This document shows, in pieces, positions 10,029 through 19,246 of a stretch of DNA of 64,000 nt. Below the pieces are notes generated by a model that was not told the DNA's origin, did no database searches, and worked only from the letters and a program-made list of their open reading frames with translations. The translations under genes and the position numbers were made by a program. Positions within the stretch are counted from its first letter, which is position 1, and each line of letters opens with the position of its first letter. The DNA is taken from the NCBI RefSeq assembly GCF_056746865.1, contig NZ_CM163382.1, one strand, 5' to 3'.

Positions 10029-10498
10029 AACATTACCCTCACGAGGCCTTTAGGATTCTCCTTCCGATCAAAACCAAACCACCCTCTCCAGTAACTTCGC
10101 CTTTCACTATAATCGATTTCTGGATGATTTTCAGGCAGCAAAAGAACGTCAATGCTGTAGTTTTCTTTAATAAAATCTCTATTTAACAATGAGCTGACCA
10201 ATGGCATCAGCGTGTTTGGCAAAGAGTTTAGGGCCAAATAATCGACGACCACGAGTATATCTATGTCATCAGGTTCAGGTTTCTCTGTAGTGAATGAACC
10301 ATCGATCCACACTTCAGAGAAACATAGACACTGCTGATTAACAAGTTTAAATTGCTCAATAAGCTGTATAAAATTACAGTATAGCATACTTCTTCTAACG
10401 GATTTTGGGAAGGTGTCGACACAAAGAGACTTGATGCCATCACTATCCATATCATGAAATCCTGCTGTAAGAAGAGGTGGGAAGCTAGGCTTTTCCAT
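10025..10498 (-). CDS. nucleotidyltransferase-fold (minimal NTase-like) protein, first gene of cargo operon
   Basis: Motif WIDGSFTTEKPEPDDIDILVVVD fits the G-S...D-x-D signature of Pol-beta-type NTases; 82 bp downstream of cI on same strand. Confidence 0.65.
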   Translation of the reverse strand: MEKPSFPPLLTAGFHDMDSDGIKSLCVDTFPKSVRRSMLYCNFIQLIEQFKLVNQQCLCFSEVWIDGSFTTEKPEPDDIDILVVVDYLALNSLPNTLMPLVSSLLNRDFIKENYSIDVLLLPENHPEIDYSERRSYWRGWFGFDRKENPKGLVRVML

Positions 10499-10579
10499 CC
10501 TAAGTCCTTGTTTATGCCATATAGTGTTCTATTTAATATTCTTGAAAAGAGTGTGCCTTAAAAAGCTACAGGCTAATTA

Positions 10580-11269
10580 TTAACCATGCTTCCTGTACGT
10601 CTGCGGCATGCTCCCAATAACCTTACCGAAGATGAACACCCGGTTCATCTCGTCTTTCTCGATCGGGTCCCACGGTGAGTAGCTTTTGTTATCAGAGATG
10701 ACCAGCAGCTTATCCTTCATCATTTGCAGGCGCTTTACATGGGCTGTGTCGTCGTACAGAAACGCATAGATACCATCACCGTCGAAAGATTTAACTGTGA
10801 TATCAACGAACAGCAGATCACCTGGTTCGATCGTTCCTGACATGCTGTCACCACGCACGTTAATGATGCGGATATTTTCCGCCTTCCTACCATCGAACAT
10901 GTGACGAGCATCGTCAAACGAGTACTCAACCGAGCGTAGAACTTCTACAAACTCACGGTTGATGACTCCCGGCCCAGCACTGACTTCTATATCAAGAACG
11001 TCAATCTTGAAGTATTTGGAATGGCTGACAGTTGATTGTATTGGTTGCACTGTACTGTCTGACATATTTCCAACGCCAGAAGATAACCATTCTGCGCGCA
11101 CACCCAAAGCGTTCGCGATCTCCACGATTTTAGTTGTTTGATTAGCTTTCCCTGTTTCGATTTTCTGAATAGCAGCCTGGCTAACCCCGACCAAATCCCC
11201 AAGCGCCTTTTGTGTAAGGCCTCGCGCTAATCTGGCTTCTTTAAGTCTTTCTGAGAGTGTTGTTTTCAT
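10580..11269 (-). CDS. CI-type prophage repressor (HTH_XRE plus S24 LexA-like peptidase domain)
   Basis: Start at MKTTLSERLKEARLARGLTQKALG; C-terminal GDSMSGTIEPGDLLFVD...KRL autocleavage-domain pattern; divergent from cro-like gene. Confidence 0.85.
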   Translation of the reverse strand: MKTTLSERLKEARLARGLTQKALGDLVGVSQAAIQKIETGKANQTTKIVEIANALGVRAEWLSSGVGNMSDSTVQPIQSTVSHSKYFKIDVLDIEVSAGPGVINREFVEVLRSVEYSFDDARHMFDGRKAENIRIINVRGDSMSGTIEPGDLLFVDITVKSFDGDGIYAFLYDDTAHVKRLQMMKDKLLVISDNKSYSPWDPIEKDEMNRVFIFGKVIGSMPQTYRKHG

Positions 11270-11373
11270 AGTCCAAATGTACAACCAAGGTTTTATTCCA
11301 TCAAACGAAAATGGTTGTTGACTAAAAACAACCATAGTTTTAATCTTGATTCAAATTAACCACGGAGGTTGTT
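11270..11373. promoter_or_regulatory. OR-like operator/promoter region between repressor and cro-like gene
   Basis: Palindrome ATGGTTGTTGACTAAAAACAACCAT overlapping a rightward TTGACT -35; GGAGG RBS before cro-like ATG. Confidence 0.6.
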
Positions 11374-11604
11374 ATGAACCCAGCTATCAAAACAGCGATC
11401 AATATCGTTGGTTCACAAAAGAAACTGGGCGCTGCTTGCGAAGTTTCACAGCAGGCCGTCTATAAGTGGCTTCACAACAAAGCAAAGGTATCCCCTGAAC
11501 ATGTCGGCAGCATTGTTACGGCTACTGGTGGAGTAGTGAAGGCATACCAGATTCGCCCGGATCTTCCGAAGTTGTTTCCACACACCGAAAAGAACGCAGC
11601 TTAA
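11374..11604 (+). CDS. Cro/YdaS-like small DNA-binding regulator
   Basis: 76-aa product, divergently transcribed from repressor; resembles Rac YdaS-type cro analogues. Confidence 0.65.
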   Translation: MNPAIKTAINIVGSQKKLGAACEVSQQAVYKWLHNKAKVSPEHVGSIVTATGGVVKAYQIRPDLPKLFPHTEKNAA

Positions 11605-11673
11605 ATTTCCATTTCACGCTCTTTAACAATAAGCAATCAACTTAACAGTCAATTCAAACTAAAGGAGTCAATT

Positions 11674-12213
11674 ATGCAACCACTTCCATACCAACAGACT
11701 AGCGGATTTAGCCCGACTGCGGTGATAAATCGTTCTCAAACAAAACAGGTGCCAGGCCACGAAAAAATCCGTGATGCCGTCCGCGCCTGGTCGGCTGTAG
11801 ATAATCAGGATGTCGTTGCCACACTCATTGTGAATGAGTATCGGGAGCAGGGCGGCGGCACCATCGATTTCCCTGATGATGTCAGCCGTGCACGCCAGAA
11901 GCTGTTCCGCTTCCTCGATAACAAATTCGATTCTGAAAAATACCGAAATAACGTGCGTGAACTGACCCCGGCAATTCTGGCGGTACTACCGCTGGAATAT
12001 CGCGGTTACCTGGTTGAGCAGGATAGCTTCATGGCTAGGTTGGCTGAAATGGAAAAGGAACTCAGTGAGGCAAAACAGGCTGTCATTCTCAACGCACCAC
12101 GCCACCAGAAACTGAAGGAAATTAGTGAAGGTATTGTATCGATGTTTCGTGTGGACCCAGATCTGGCTGGTCCATTGATGGCGATGGTTACTACCATGCT
12201 GGGGGCGATATGA
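11674..12213 (+). CDS. YdaT-like protein (CII position)
   Basis: 179-aa ORF after cro-like gene; sequence pattern reminiscent of Rac YdaT family. Confidence 0.45.
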   Translation: MQPLPYQQTSGFSPTAVINRSQTKQVPGHEKIRDAVRAWSAVDNQDVVATLIVNEYREQGGGTIDFPDDVSRARQKLFRFLDNKFDSEKYRNNVRELTPAILAVLPLEYRGYLVEQDSFMARLAEMEKELSEAKQAVILNAPRHQKLKEISEGIVSMFRVDPDLAGPLMAMVTTMLGAI

Positions 12214-12300
12214 CAGGTTCAGAAATGGCGAAAGCCGGTCTGCTGGAACAGAACCGACTTTCAGGTGCAAATCGTAACACACTCATTGCGGGAGGAATTA

Positions 12301-13229
12301 TGGCAAACACTGCTGAGATATTCAATTTTCCAGTGCCGGATGCGGCACAAAAGGAGCCGCGCGTGGCAGATCTCGATGATGGTTATACGCGCATTGCAAA
12401 TGAGTTGCTGGAAGCTGTGATGCTGGCCGGATTAACACAGCACCAGCTTCTGGTCTTCCTGGCTGTCATGCGCAAAACATATGGCTTTAATAAAAAACTG
12501 GATTGGGTGAGCAACGAGCAACTTTCCGAATTGACCGGGATATTGCCGCACAAGTGTTCTGCTGCAAAAAGCGTTCTGGTAAAGCGTGGGATTCTTATTC
12601 AGAGCGGGCGGAATATCGGCATTAATAATGTGGTCAGTGAATGGTCAACATTACCCGAATCAGGTAAGAAAAATAAAGTTTACCTGAAAGAGGTAAATTT
12701 ACCTGAATCAGGTAAGAAAAGTTTACCCAAATCAGGTAAAGGCGTTTACCCGAATCAGGTAAACACAAAAGACAAACTAACAAAAGACAATATAAAACCT
12801 TTTTCGTCCGAGAATTCTGGCGAATCCTCTGACCAGCCAGAAAACGATCTTCCTGTGGTGAAACCGGATGCTGCAATTCAGAGCGGCAGCAAGTGGGGGA
12901 CAGCAGAAGACCTGACCGCCGCAGAGTGGATGTTTGACATGGTGAAGACTATCGCACCATCAGCCAGAAAACCGAATTTTGCTGGGTGGGCTAACGATAT
13001 CCGCCTGATGCGTGAACGTGACGGACGTAACCACCGCGACATGTGCGTGCTGTTCCGCTGGGCCTGCCAGGACAACTTCTGGTCCGGTAACGTGCTGAGT
13101 CCGGCCAAACTCCGCGACAAGTGGACCCAGCTCGAAATCAACCGGAACAAGCAACAGGCTGGCGTGACAGTCGGCAAACCAAAACTCGACCTGACAAACA
13201 CTGACTGGATTTACGGGGTGGATCTATGA
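12301..13229 (+). CDS. O: replication initiator O (divergent N-terminal DNA-binding domain, lambda-like C-terminal domain)
   Basis: Start at MANTAEIFNF preceded by GGGAGG; C-terminal half recognised as lambda O; contains iterons. Confidence 0.85.
12651..12763. repeat. ori iterons (5 copies of an 18-bp TTACC-N8-GGTAA repeat) inside O
   Basis: ttacccgaatcaggtaag, ttacctgaaagaggtaaa, ttacctgaatcaggtaag, ttacccaaatcaggtaaa, ttacccgaatcaggtaaa, followed by an A-rich stretch. Confidence 0.8.
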
Positions 13230-13927
13230 AAAACATCGCCGCACAGATGGTTAACTTTGACCGTGAGCAGATGCGTCGGATCGCCAACAACATGCCGGAA
13301 CAGTATGACGAAAAGCCACAGGTACAGCAGGTAGCGCAGATCATCAACGGTGTGTTCAGCCAGTTACTGGCAACTTTCCCGGCGAGCCTGGCTAATCGTG
13401 AGCAGAACGAACTGAACGAAATCCGCCGCCAGTGGGTTCTGGCTTTCCGGGAAAACGGGATCACCACGATGGAACAGGTTAACGCAGGAATGCGCGTAGC
13501 CCGTCGGCAGAATCGACCATTCCTGCCATCCCCCGGACAGTTTGTAGCCTGGTGCCGGGAAGAAGCATCCGTTATTGCCGGACTACCAAACACCAGCGAG
13601 CTGGTTGATATGGTTTACGAGTATTGCCGGAAGCGTGGCCTGTATCCGGATGCAGAGTCTTATCCGTGGAAATCAAACGCGCACTACTGGCTGGTTACCA
13701 ACCTGTATCAGAACATGCGGGCCAATGCGCTTACTGATGCGGAATTACGGCGCAAGGCTGCCGATGAACTGACTTGTATGACCGCGCGAATTAACCGTGG
13801 TGAGGCGATACCTGAACCAGTAAAACAACTTCCTGTCATGGGCGGTAGACCTCTAAATCGTGCACAGGCTCTGGCGAAGATCGCAGAAATCAAAGCGAAG
13901 TTCGGACTGAAAGGAGCAACTGTATGA
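13226..13927 (+). CDS. P: replication protein P (DnaB helicase loader)
   Basis: 233-aa product recognised as near-identical to lambda P. Confidence 0.95.
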   Translation: MKNIAAQMVNFDREQMRRIANNMPEQYDEKPQVQQVAQIINGVFSQLLATFPASLANREQNELNEIRRQWVLAFRENGITTMEQVNAGMRVARRQNRPFLPSPGQFVAWCREEASVIAGLPNTSELVDMVYEYCRKRGLYPDAESYPWKSNAHYWLVTNLYQNMRANALTDAELRRKAADELTCMTARINRGEAIPEPVKQLPVMGGRPLNRAQALAKIAEIKAKFGLKGATV

Positions 13928-14226
13928 CGGGCAAAGAGGCAATTATTCATTACCTGGGGACGCATAAGAGCTTCTGTGCGCAGGACGTTGCTGCGGTAAC
14001 AGGCGCAACAGTAACCAGTATAAATCAGGCTGCGGCTAAAATGGCACGGGCAGGAATCTTGGTCGTTGATGGTAAGGTCTGGCGAACGGTGTATTACCGG
14101 TTCGCTACCAGGGAAGAACGGGAAGGAAAGGTGAGCACGAATCTGATTTTCAAGGAGTGTCGCCAGAGTGCCGCGATGAAACGAGTGTTGGCAGTGTATG
14201 GAGATATGAACTTAAACTTGCTGTGA
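13924..14226 (+). CDS. ren: Ren exclusion protein
   Basis: MTGKEAIIHYLGTH... matches lambda Ren. Confidence 0.85.
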   Translation: MTGKEAIIHYLGTHKSFCAQDVAAVTGATVTSINQAAAKMARAGILVVDGKVWRTVYYRFATREEREGKVSTNLIFKECRQSAAMKRVLAVYGDMNLNLL

Positions 14227-14474
14227 CGGTTTTCATCGGTAACACACCATGTAATCTAGCAGTCAGCTTAGAAATAGGAGCGGCAGTTAAAGATTTTTCA
14301 GTTAGTAGAAAATTACTGTTATTGCAGGGATCTAATCACCGGAGAGTCGTTCCATTTGTCTTATGATTACCTGAAGTCCGTTAGTTCGTTGGTAATCACC
14401 GTTTTTGTTAGAGAAGTAAGCATCGCTGACAAAATATTCTCAACGATGCCTGCTTTATTGCTACTACAAATTAA

Positions 14475-15977
14475 TTAAATTGCATCTGCAAACTCTGGGG
14501 TTTTTCGCTCAGGTATAATTGATGAGTTGCTGTTGTCACTTTTTTTATTTTCATGATTACGAATAGCCAATGACTCATTAAAGTCTTTTGCGACTGCTGT
14601 CTCAATAAATTCAATTTCTGAATCAGAGTGTTTTTTAACAGCTTCTTTGATCTCATCCAGAGTAACATAGAAAAACTCTTTTCTACGATTTACAAGATTG
14701 ACTCTCTTTTTATCGAAGACATCATGTAGTTTTTTTTCTAATGATGGAGCGTCCTCCGAATAAATCATGGCATGTACATCAAAAATAAAAGGAACAGATG
14801 CATCACCGAGCTCATTTACACGGTCTTGCGGATCAAGACGTCGTGTCATGCCTATTTTATAAACATTCTCCCCAAAAGAACCTATGTTCGAAATAATATA
14901 AACATGACCTTGTTTGGTTTGTTGTGCCATGGATAATGCTCTTTGATGCTTTGATTCAGCCTGCGACAAACTCTGTTCTAGTTCGGCAATGCGATTTTCG
15001 AGGCGCTGCTTCATGTCACCAGTAACTTTTTCCATTTCCTTTCTTGCAGCTTCAATTGCTTTTTTATAACGGCGCTCTTCTGCCTCTGCGTCTTGCATGG
15101 CCTTTTCTATTTCTCGTTGTGCACGCTCCTCCTCTCTCATTTGTGCCCTTATTTCTGCCTGTTCTTCTTTTTCTTTCTGTTTTTGCTCACGATATTCATG
15201 GGTAAGCCACAATTCCTCAAGTTTTTTATTGAGGTATTTAGTGTTTATATATATGTGATTTTGCTCGTTTAGTTTATTTATGGCCTCAAATGCCTTTGTG
15301 ATGCGTTCTTCCATTTTAGTGATGTTTTTCCACGTGCAATTGCTAATTGCAGCATCACATTCATTATTAAATGCTCTAGTAGTTAGCCTGATATTTCTGT
15401 CTGTCATTTTTTTACCCTCTGCTCGAGAGCCTTCAACAGTCCATTGGGTTGTACAATATACTGCGCCAGAGTGGGTTTTATCCCGCAGCATTAATTTCTG
15501 TTCATCCCTGATGGATTTTATTTTGTTTTTAAATTGCTCTGAATCTTCAAAATTAAAATGAGGTTCGTAAAATCCTAGTTCGGCTAGCTCAACATCTTCT
15601 GAATAAATAGAAATTTGCCTTACTAGTTTATCATATATTTCTTTCTTCTCTTTATAAGTTCTTCTTAGCTCTTGGATTTGTTTATTGATACCATCCATTT
15701 TTTCAATGGTGTTTGTTAGTTCATTATTGGCATTTTCTTTTACTTTTAGGGATTCTTCTTTTATTATGGAGCATTCTTGCTCTGTTTTCTCAATAAGCTT
15801 CTTACATTCTTCTTCTACATTAAAATAATCTGCAAAGCGAGATTTGTATTCTTCATTTTTTTGATTGCTATCACTTAATTCTAATTGTATTTTTTTGATG
15901 CGTTTGATTGCAGCTATATAAAGAACAAGAACAACCAATAAAAATATGATTGCAAGTAATAGAGGAGTTTGAGTCAT
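14475..15977 (-). CDS. membrane-anchored coiled-coil protein with C-terminal T5orf172/GIY-YIG-like domain (candidate defence/exclusion gene)
   Basis: N-terminal hydrophobic helix, long K/E-rich coiled coil, C-terminal GHVYIISN...YKIGMTRRLDPQDRVNEL...VPF motif; very AT-rich; opposite strand to surrounding early genes. Confidence 0.75.
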   Translation of the reverse strand: MTQTPLLLAIIFLLVVLVLYIAAIKRIKKIQLELSDSNQKNEEYKSRFADYFNVEEECKKLIEKTEQECSIIKEESLKVKENANNELTNTIEKMDGINKQIQELRRTYKEKKEIYDKLVRQISIYSEDVELAELGFYEPHFNFEDSEQFKNKIKSIRDEQKLMLRDKTHSGAVYCTTQWTVEGSRAEGKKMTDRNIRLTTRAFNNECDAAISNCTWKNITKMEERITKAFEAINKLNEQNHIYINTKYLNKKLEELWLTHEYREQKQKEKEEQAEIRAQMREEERAQREIEKAMQDAEAEERRYKKAIEAARKEMEKVTGDMKQRLENRIAELEQSLSQAESKHQRALSMAQQTKQGHVYIISNIGSFGENVYKIGMTRRLDPQDRVNELGDASVPFIFDVHAMIYSEDAPSLEKKLHDVFDKKRVNLVNRRKEFFYVTLDEIKEAVKKHSDSEIEFIETAVAKDFNESLAIRNHENKKSDNSNSSIIPERKTPEFADAI

Positions 15978-16286
15978 TCGTGCTATTCCTTACGGACAAT
16001 TTAAGACGTTTTGTATTAAATCCTGTTCAATGTGTATGCGGGTGATTGCTACCGCTTACAATCTTCATAATTATCAGTTAGATAGACTCGCTAGTAAATA
16101 ATTTCATTTTTTGCAATATTCTTATTGAATATTTCAATTTATGAAATGAACTCTTTATCCTTTCAAGGTGAAAGGTTTCTTCTTCGGAAATATTTGCTCT
16201 CGTGTGACGTATAAAGACCTTTGATTTTCAAAAATCAGTAGGGAATAATATAGTTACTGTCGGCCTGAACACCCGGTGGTGGGGTT

Positions 16287-16370
16287 GCGCTAAACGGGGA
16301 CGTTTATGCGCACACACAATCCAAACTCTCATCTCCATTCACAGATGCAGAAATGCACCTACGATTTTTT
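16287..16370 (+). repeat. 84-bp direct repeat, copy 1
   Basis: gcgctaaacggggacgtttatgcgcaca...cgatttttt, about 93 percent identical to 18221-18304; begins with a hairpin and ends with a T-run. Confidence 0.85.
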
Positions 16371-16789
16371 ACATTCGGTGTTTTACTTCGACAGCCAGAA
16401 TTGGGAGTCTCTATTCGTCTGGCGGCTAAAGGTGATATGGAAATCGTTATGTTTTGGCCTGAGGTAGTTGTAACTGTTGTAGCAGCTATGGATGTGATCA
16501 TCATGGTGTCCATTTACTGGGGTTGACGACATGATTTATCCGGCGCTATATTCTGTGCGTTGCCGCAAAATCGGCACACGGGATTGGCGTCCCGGGATAC
16601 TACTCAACGCATACCGCGTTAAGCGGTTTTTTTGTGCGCTAAGCACGGCTATGCCCAAATTATGGTGGGCTGTGTGAGGGCTTCTTCGGAAGCGCCGGGT
16701 TTGAGTAGCCGGTTACGCCAACCTTACACAGTTCACCACCAGTCGATTGGCGTCGTTGGTGGTGATGGTTAACCTGATGAGGTGATACT

Positions 16790-17398
16790 ATGACTACTCA
16801 ATTAGCATTCCACAAAACGACGTTTACCCCGATTTGCCACAATAACAGAATTTGGCTTACTGCCACTGAAGTTGGTTTAGCACTGGAATATGCGGACGAT
16901 AAAGCAGTTCAGCGCATTTACTCTCGGCACTCAGATGAATTCACAGATATGATGACAAGGGTGGTCAAAGTGACCACCCCTCGTGGAATGCAGGAGTCTC
17001 GAGTATTTAGCCTTCGCGGAGCCCATTTGATCGCCATGTTTGCTCGTACTCCTGTGGCCAAAGAATTCCGCCGCTGGGTTCTGGATATTCTCGATCGAGA
17101 AGTTCAACAATCCCCAATCACAAAACAATTCACTGATAACGAACTTTGCACACTCGCCTGGTTATGGCGAGCAAGTGATACGATGTTAACCGCCTGCCAG
17201 AACGTTACGCCCCTTCTTCAGGTCGCAGAGCATCGCGAAGCAGGTAGATTCACTTCAATCGAACAAGAATATCCTCGGATACTCAACAGGGCGCGAGAAA
17301 TCCTTGCCAGAGAAACGGCGCATGTAAAATTCCAACCGTGGCAGGATGATAAGTGGAGTCGTGTGTTACCATATTTCCGTCAGAATCTGTTGCAATAA
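16790..17398 (+). CDS. Bro-N/antirepressor-like protein
   Basis: N-terminal pattern ...RIWLTATEVGLALEY...RWVLDIL resembles Bro-N/Ant-type phage domains. Confidence 0.55.
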   Translation: MTTQLAFHKTTFTPICHNNRIWLTATEVGLALEYADDKAVQRIYSRHSDEFTDMMTRVVKVTTPRGMQESRVFSLRGAHLIAMFARTPVAKEFRRWVLDILDREVQQSPITKQFTDNELCTLAWLWRASDTMLTACQNVTPLLQVAEHREAGRFTSIEQEYPRILNRAREILARETAHVKFQPWQDDKWSRVLPYFRQNLLQ

Positions 17399-17633
17399 AG
17401 TCACTAGTTAGAAATACTGCCAGCATTCTGCGATGACGGAAGTGCTGGCATTTTTTTTGGTAATGTGCGAGTCCATTTCATAAAATACGGGTACTGGAAC
17501 TGGACGATATAATCTAAAAGATACCATTATCAGTAGCATTAAAATCGCTATGTGCCGATACGGATATAAATTATATTGATTGTTCACATACCTTATTGGA
17601 TATTACTGAGGGGTGTTTATATAAGGTGTAACG

Positions 17634-18143
17634 ATGATGTGGAACTTTGACAGTGCCGACTTAAGTGCAATAGCAGCAGGCATTTCTGCGTTTGGCACAT
17701 TAGCCGCAGCGGGGTCGGCGCTTGCAAGTTGGTGCACGTCAAAAAAAGCGCTGCAGCTACAAAATAGAGTTTACCTTTATGAGTCTTTAAAGGCTTGCGC
17801 TGAGAGAGCCAATTCATCAGCTAAAGATAAGCGCGGATCTGAATGGAGCGTTAATGATGCAGCGGATATCATCAGGTGCCTAGTACGGGCGATGGAGCTC
17901 ATCAAGCAGGATAGCCAGCAGAAAGAAGGTAATCAGGCATTAATGTTGAAACAGTACTTTGTTAATCTGCTAATAATGGAACTGTACGAGGAAGTTCATA
18001 ACGGTGATGCGGCTGATTCTGTTTTTAAAAGTACGGAACCTACACAAGTACTTGATAACTTATGGAGCAAATGGCAGGAGGCTATAGCTTTTTTTGATAT
18101 TTGGAATTACCCAGTTGCGACTGAGGAAGACTTGGCAGACTAA
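17634..18143 (+). CDS. hypothetical protein with N-terminal hydrophobic segment
   Basis: 169-aa ORF within the repeat-flanked module. Confidence 0.5.
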   Translation: MMWNFDSADLSAIAAGISAFGTLAAAGSALASWCTSKKALQLQNRVYLYESLKACAERANSSAKDKRGSEWSVNDAADIIRCLVRAMELIKQDSQQKEGNQALMLKQYFVNLLIMELYEEVHNGDAADSVFKSTEPTQVLDNLWSKWQEAIAFFDIWNYPVATEEDLAD

Positions 18144-18220
18144 TTTTCAGCACATTTGATTTCCAATAATCAACCAGCCATAATCATGCCATTGGAGCTT
18201 GAACAACTCCGGTGACTTCT

Positions 18221-18304
18221 GCGCTAAACGGGGACGTTTATGCGCACATACAATCCAAACTCTCTTCTCCCTTCACAGATGCAGAGATGCACCTGCGATT
18301 TTTT
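18221..18304 (+). repeat. 84-bp direct repeat, copy 2
   Basis: Second copy of the repeat at 16287-16370, immediately upstream of ybcN. Confidence 0.85.
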
Positions 18305-18337
18305 GCATCCAGCGTTTGACCTCTGCGGAGGTGAAGC

Positions 18338-18793
18338 GTGAACCTCCCACAAGACGGCATCAAATTGCATCGTGGTAACTTCACCGCTATCGGCCAGCAG
18401 ATCCAGCCTTATCTGGAGGAAGGCAAATGCTTTCGCATGGTGCTTAAACCGTGGCGTGAGAAACGCAGTCTTTCCCAGAATGCACTCAGCCACATGTGGT
18501 ACAGCGAAATCAGTGAATACCTCATCAGCAGGGGTAAAACGTTCGCCACTCCAGCTTGGGTAAAAGATGCTCTCAAACACACATATCTCGGTTATGAAAC
18601 CAAAGACCTGGTTGATGTCGTAACCGGTGAGATCACCACTATCCAGTCGTTACGCCATACCTCCGATCTTGATACCGGAGAGATGTATATCTTCCTGTGT
18701 AAGGTTGAAGCCTGGGCGGTGAATATTGGCTGCCACCTGACTATTCCGCAGAGCTGCGAGTTCCAGCTGCTGCGCGACAAGCAGGAGGCGTAA
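18338..18793 (+). CDS. ybcN: YbcN-family nin-region protein
   Basis: GTG start after GGAGG; 151-aa product recognised as DLP12 YbcN. Confidence 0.85.
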   Translation: MNLPQDGIKLHRGNFTAIGQQIQPYLEEGKCFRMVLKPWREKRSLSQNALSHMWYSEISEYLISRGKTFATPAWVKDALKHTYLGYETKDLVDVVTGEITTIQSLRHTSDLDTGEMYIFLCKVEAWAVNIGCHLTIPQSCEFQLLRDKQEA

Positions 18794-18963
18794 TGGCTAC
18801 ACCGCTTATTCGTGTCATGAACGGACACATCTACAGAGTACCAAATCGTCGTAAGCGTAAACCTGAGCTGAAGCCATCCGAAATACCAACACTGCTCGGA
18901 TATACCGCCAGCTTGGTTGATAAAAAATGGTTGCGACTGGCAGCAAGGAGGAATCATGGCTGA
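18793..18963 (+). CDS. ninE: NinE-family protein
   Basis: 56-aa [19 protein letters not shown]..., below the ORF-track cutoff; start overlaps ybcN stop. Confidence 0.7.
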   Translation: MATPLIRVMNGHIYRVPNRRKRKPELKPSEIPTLLGYTASLVDKKWLRLAARRNHG

Positions 18964-19246
18964 TTTGAGAAAAGCAGCGCGTGGTCGGGAATGCCAGGTA
19001 AGAATCCCTGGCGTATGTAATGGCAATTCTGAGACGTCTGTACTGGCACATATCCGGCTGGCTGGATTGTGCGGTACCGGTATCAAACCGCCAGACCTGA
19101 TTGCCACCATTGCATGTTCTGCCTGCCACGACGAAATCGACCGCCGCACGCATTTTGTTGACGCTGGATATGCAAAAGAATGCGCGCTGGAAGGTATGGC
19201 GAGAACGCAGGTTATCTGGCTGAAAGAGAGGGTAATTAAGGCGTGA
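18956..19246 (+). CDS. ybcO: YbcO-family nin-region protein
   Basis: Start at [14 protein letters not shown]; Cys-rich product recognised as DLP12 YbcO. Confidence 0.8.
   Translation: MADLRKAARGRECQVRIPGVCNGNSETSVLAHIRLAGLCGTGIKPPDLIATIACSACHDEIDRRTHFVDAGYAKECALEGMARTQVIWLKERVIKA

Noticed and set aside
9096-10498. Idea that the repressor-linked pair is rexA-rexB
   Set aside because: The upstream 157-aa protein lacks the four TM helices of RexB and has an NTase-like motif; neither protein resembles RexA; gene order and sizes differ.
16304-16513. 69-aa minus-strand ORF overlapping 84-bp repeat copy 1
   Set aside because: No RBS; overlaps the structured repeat; short ORFs reading across both repeat copies are not conserved in length.
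16287-18304. Possible CRISPR array
   Set aside because: Only two 84-bp copies 1.9 kb apart with protein-coding genes between them; no short regularly spaced repeats anywhere in the window.
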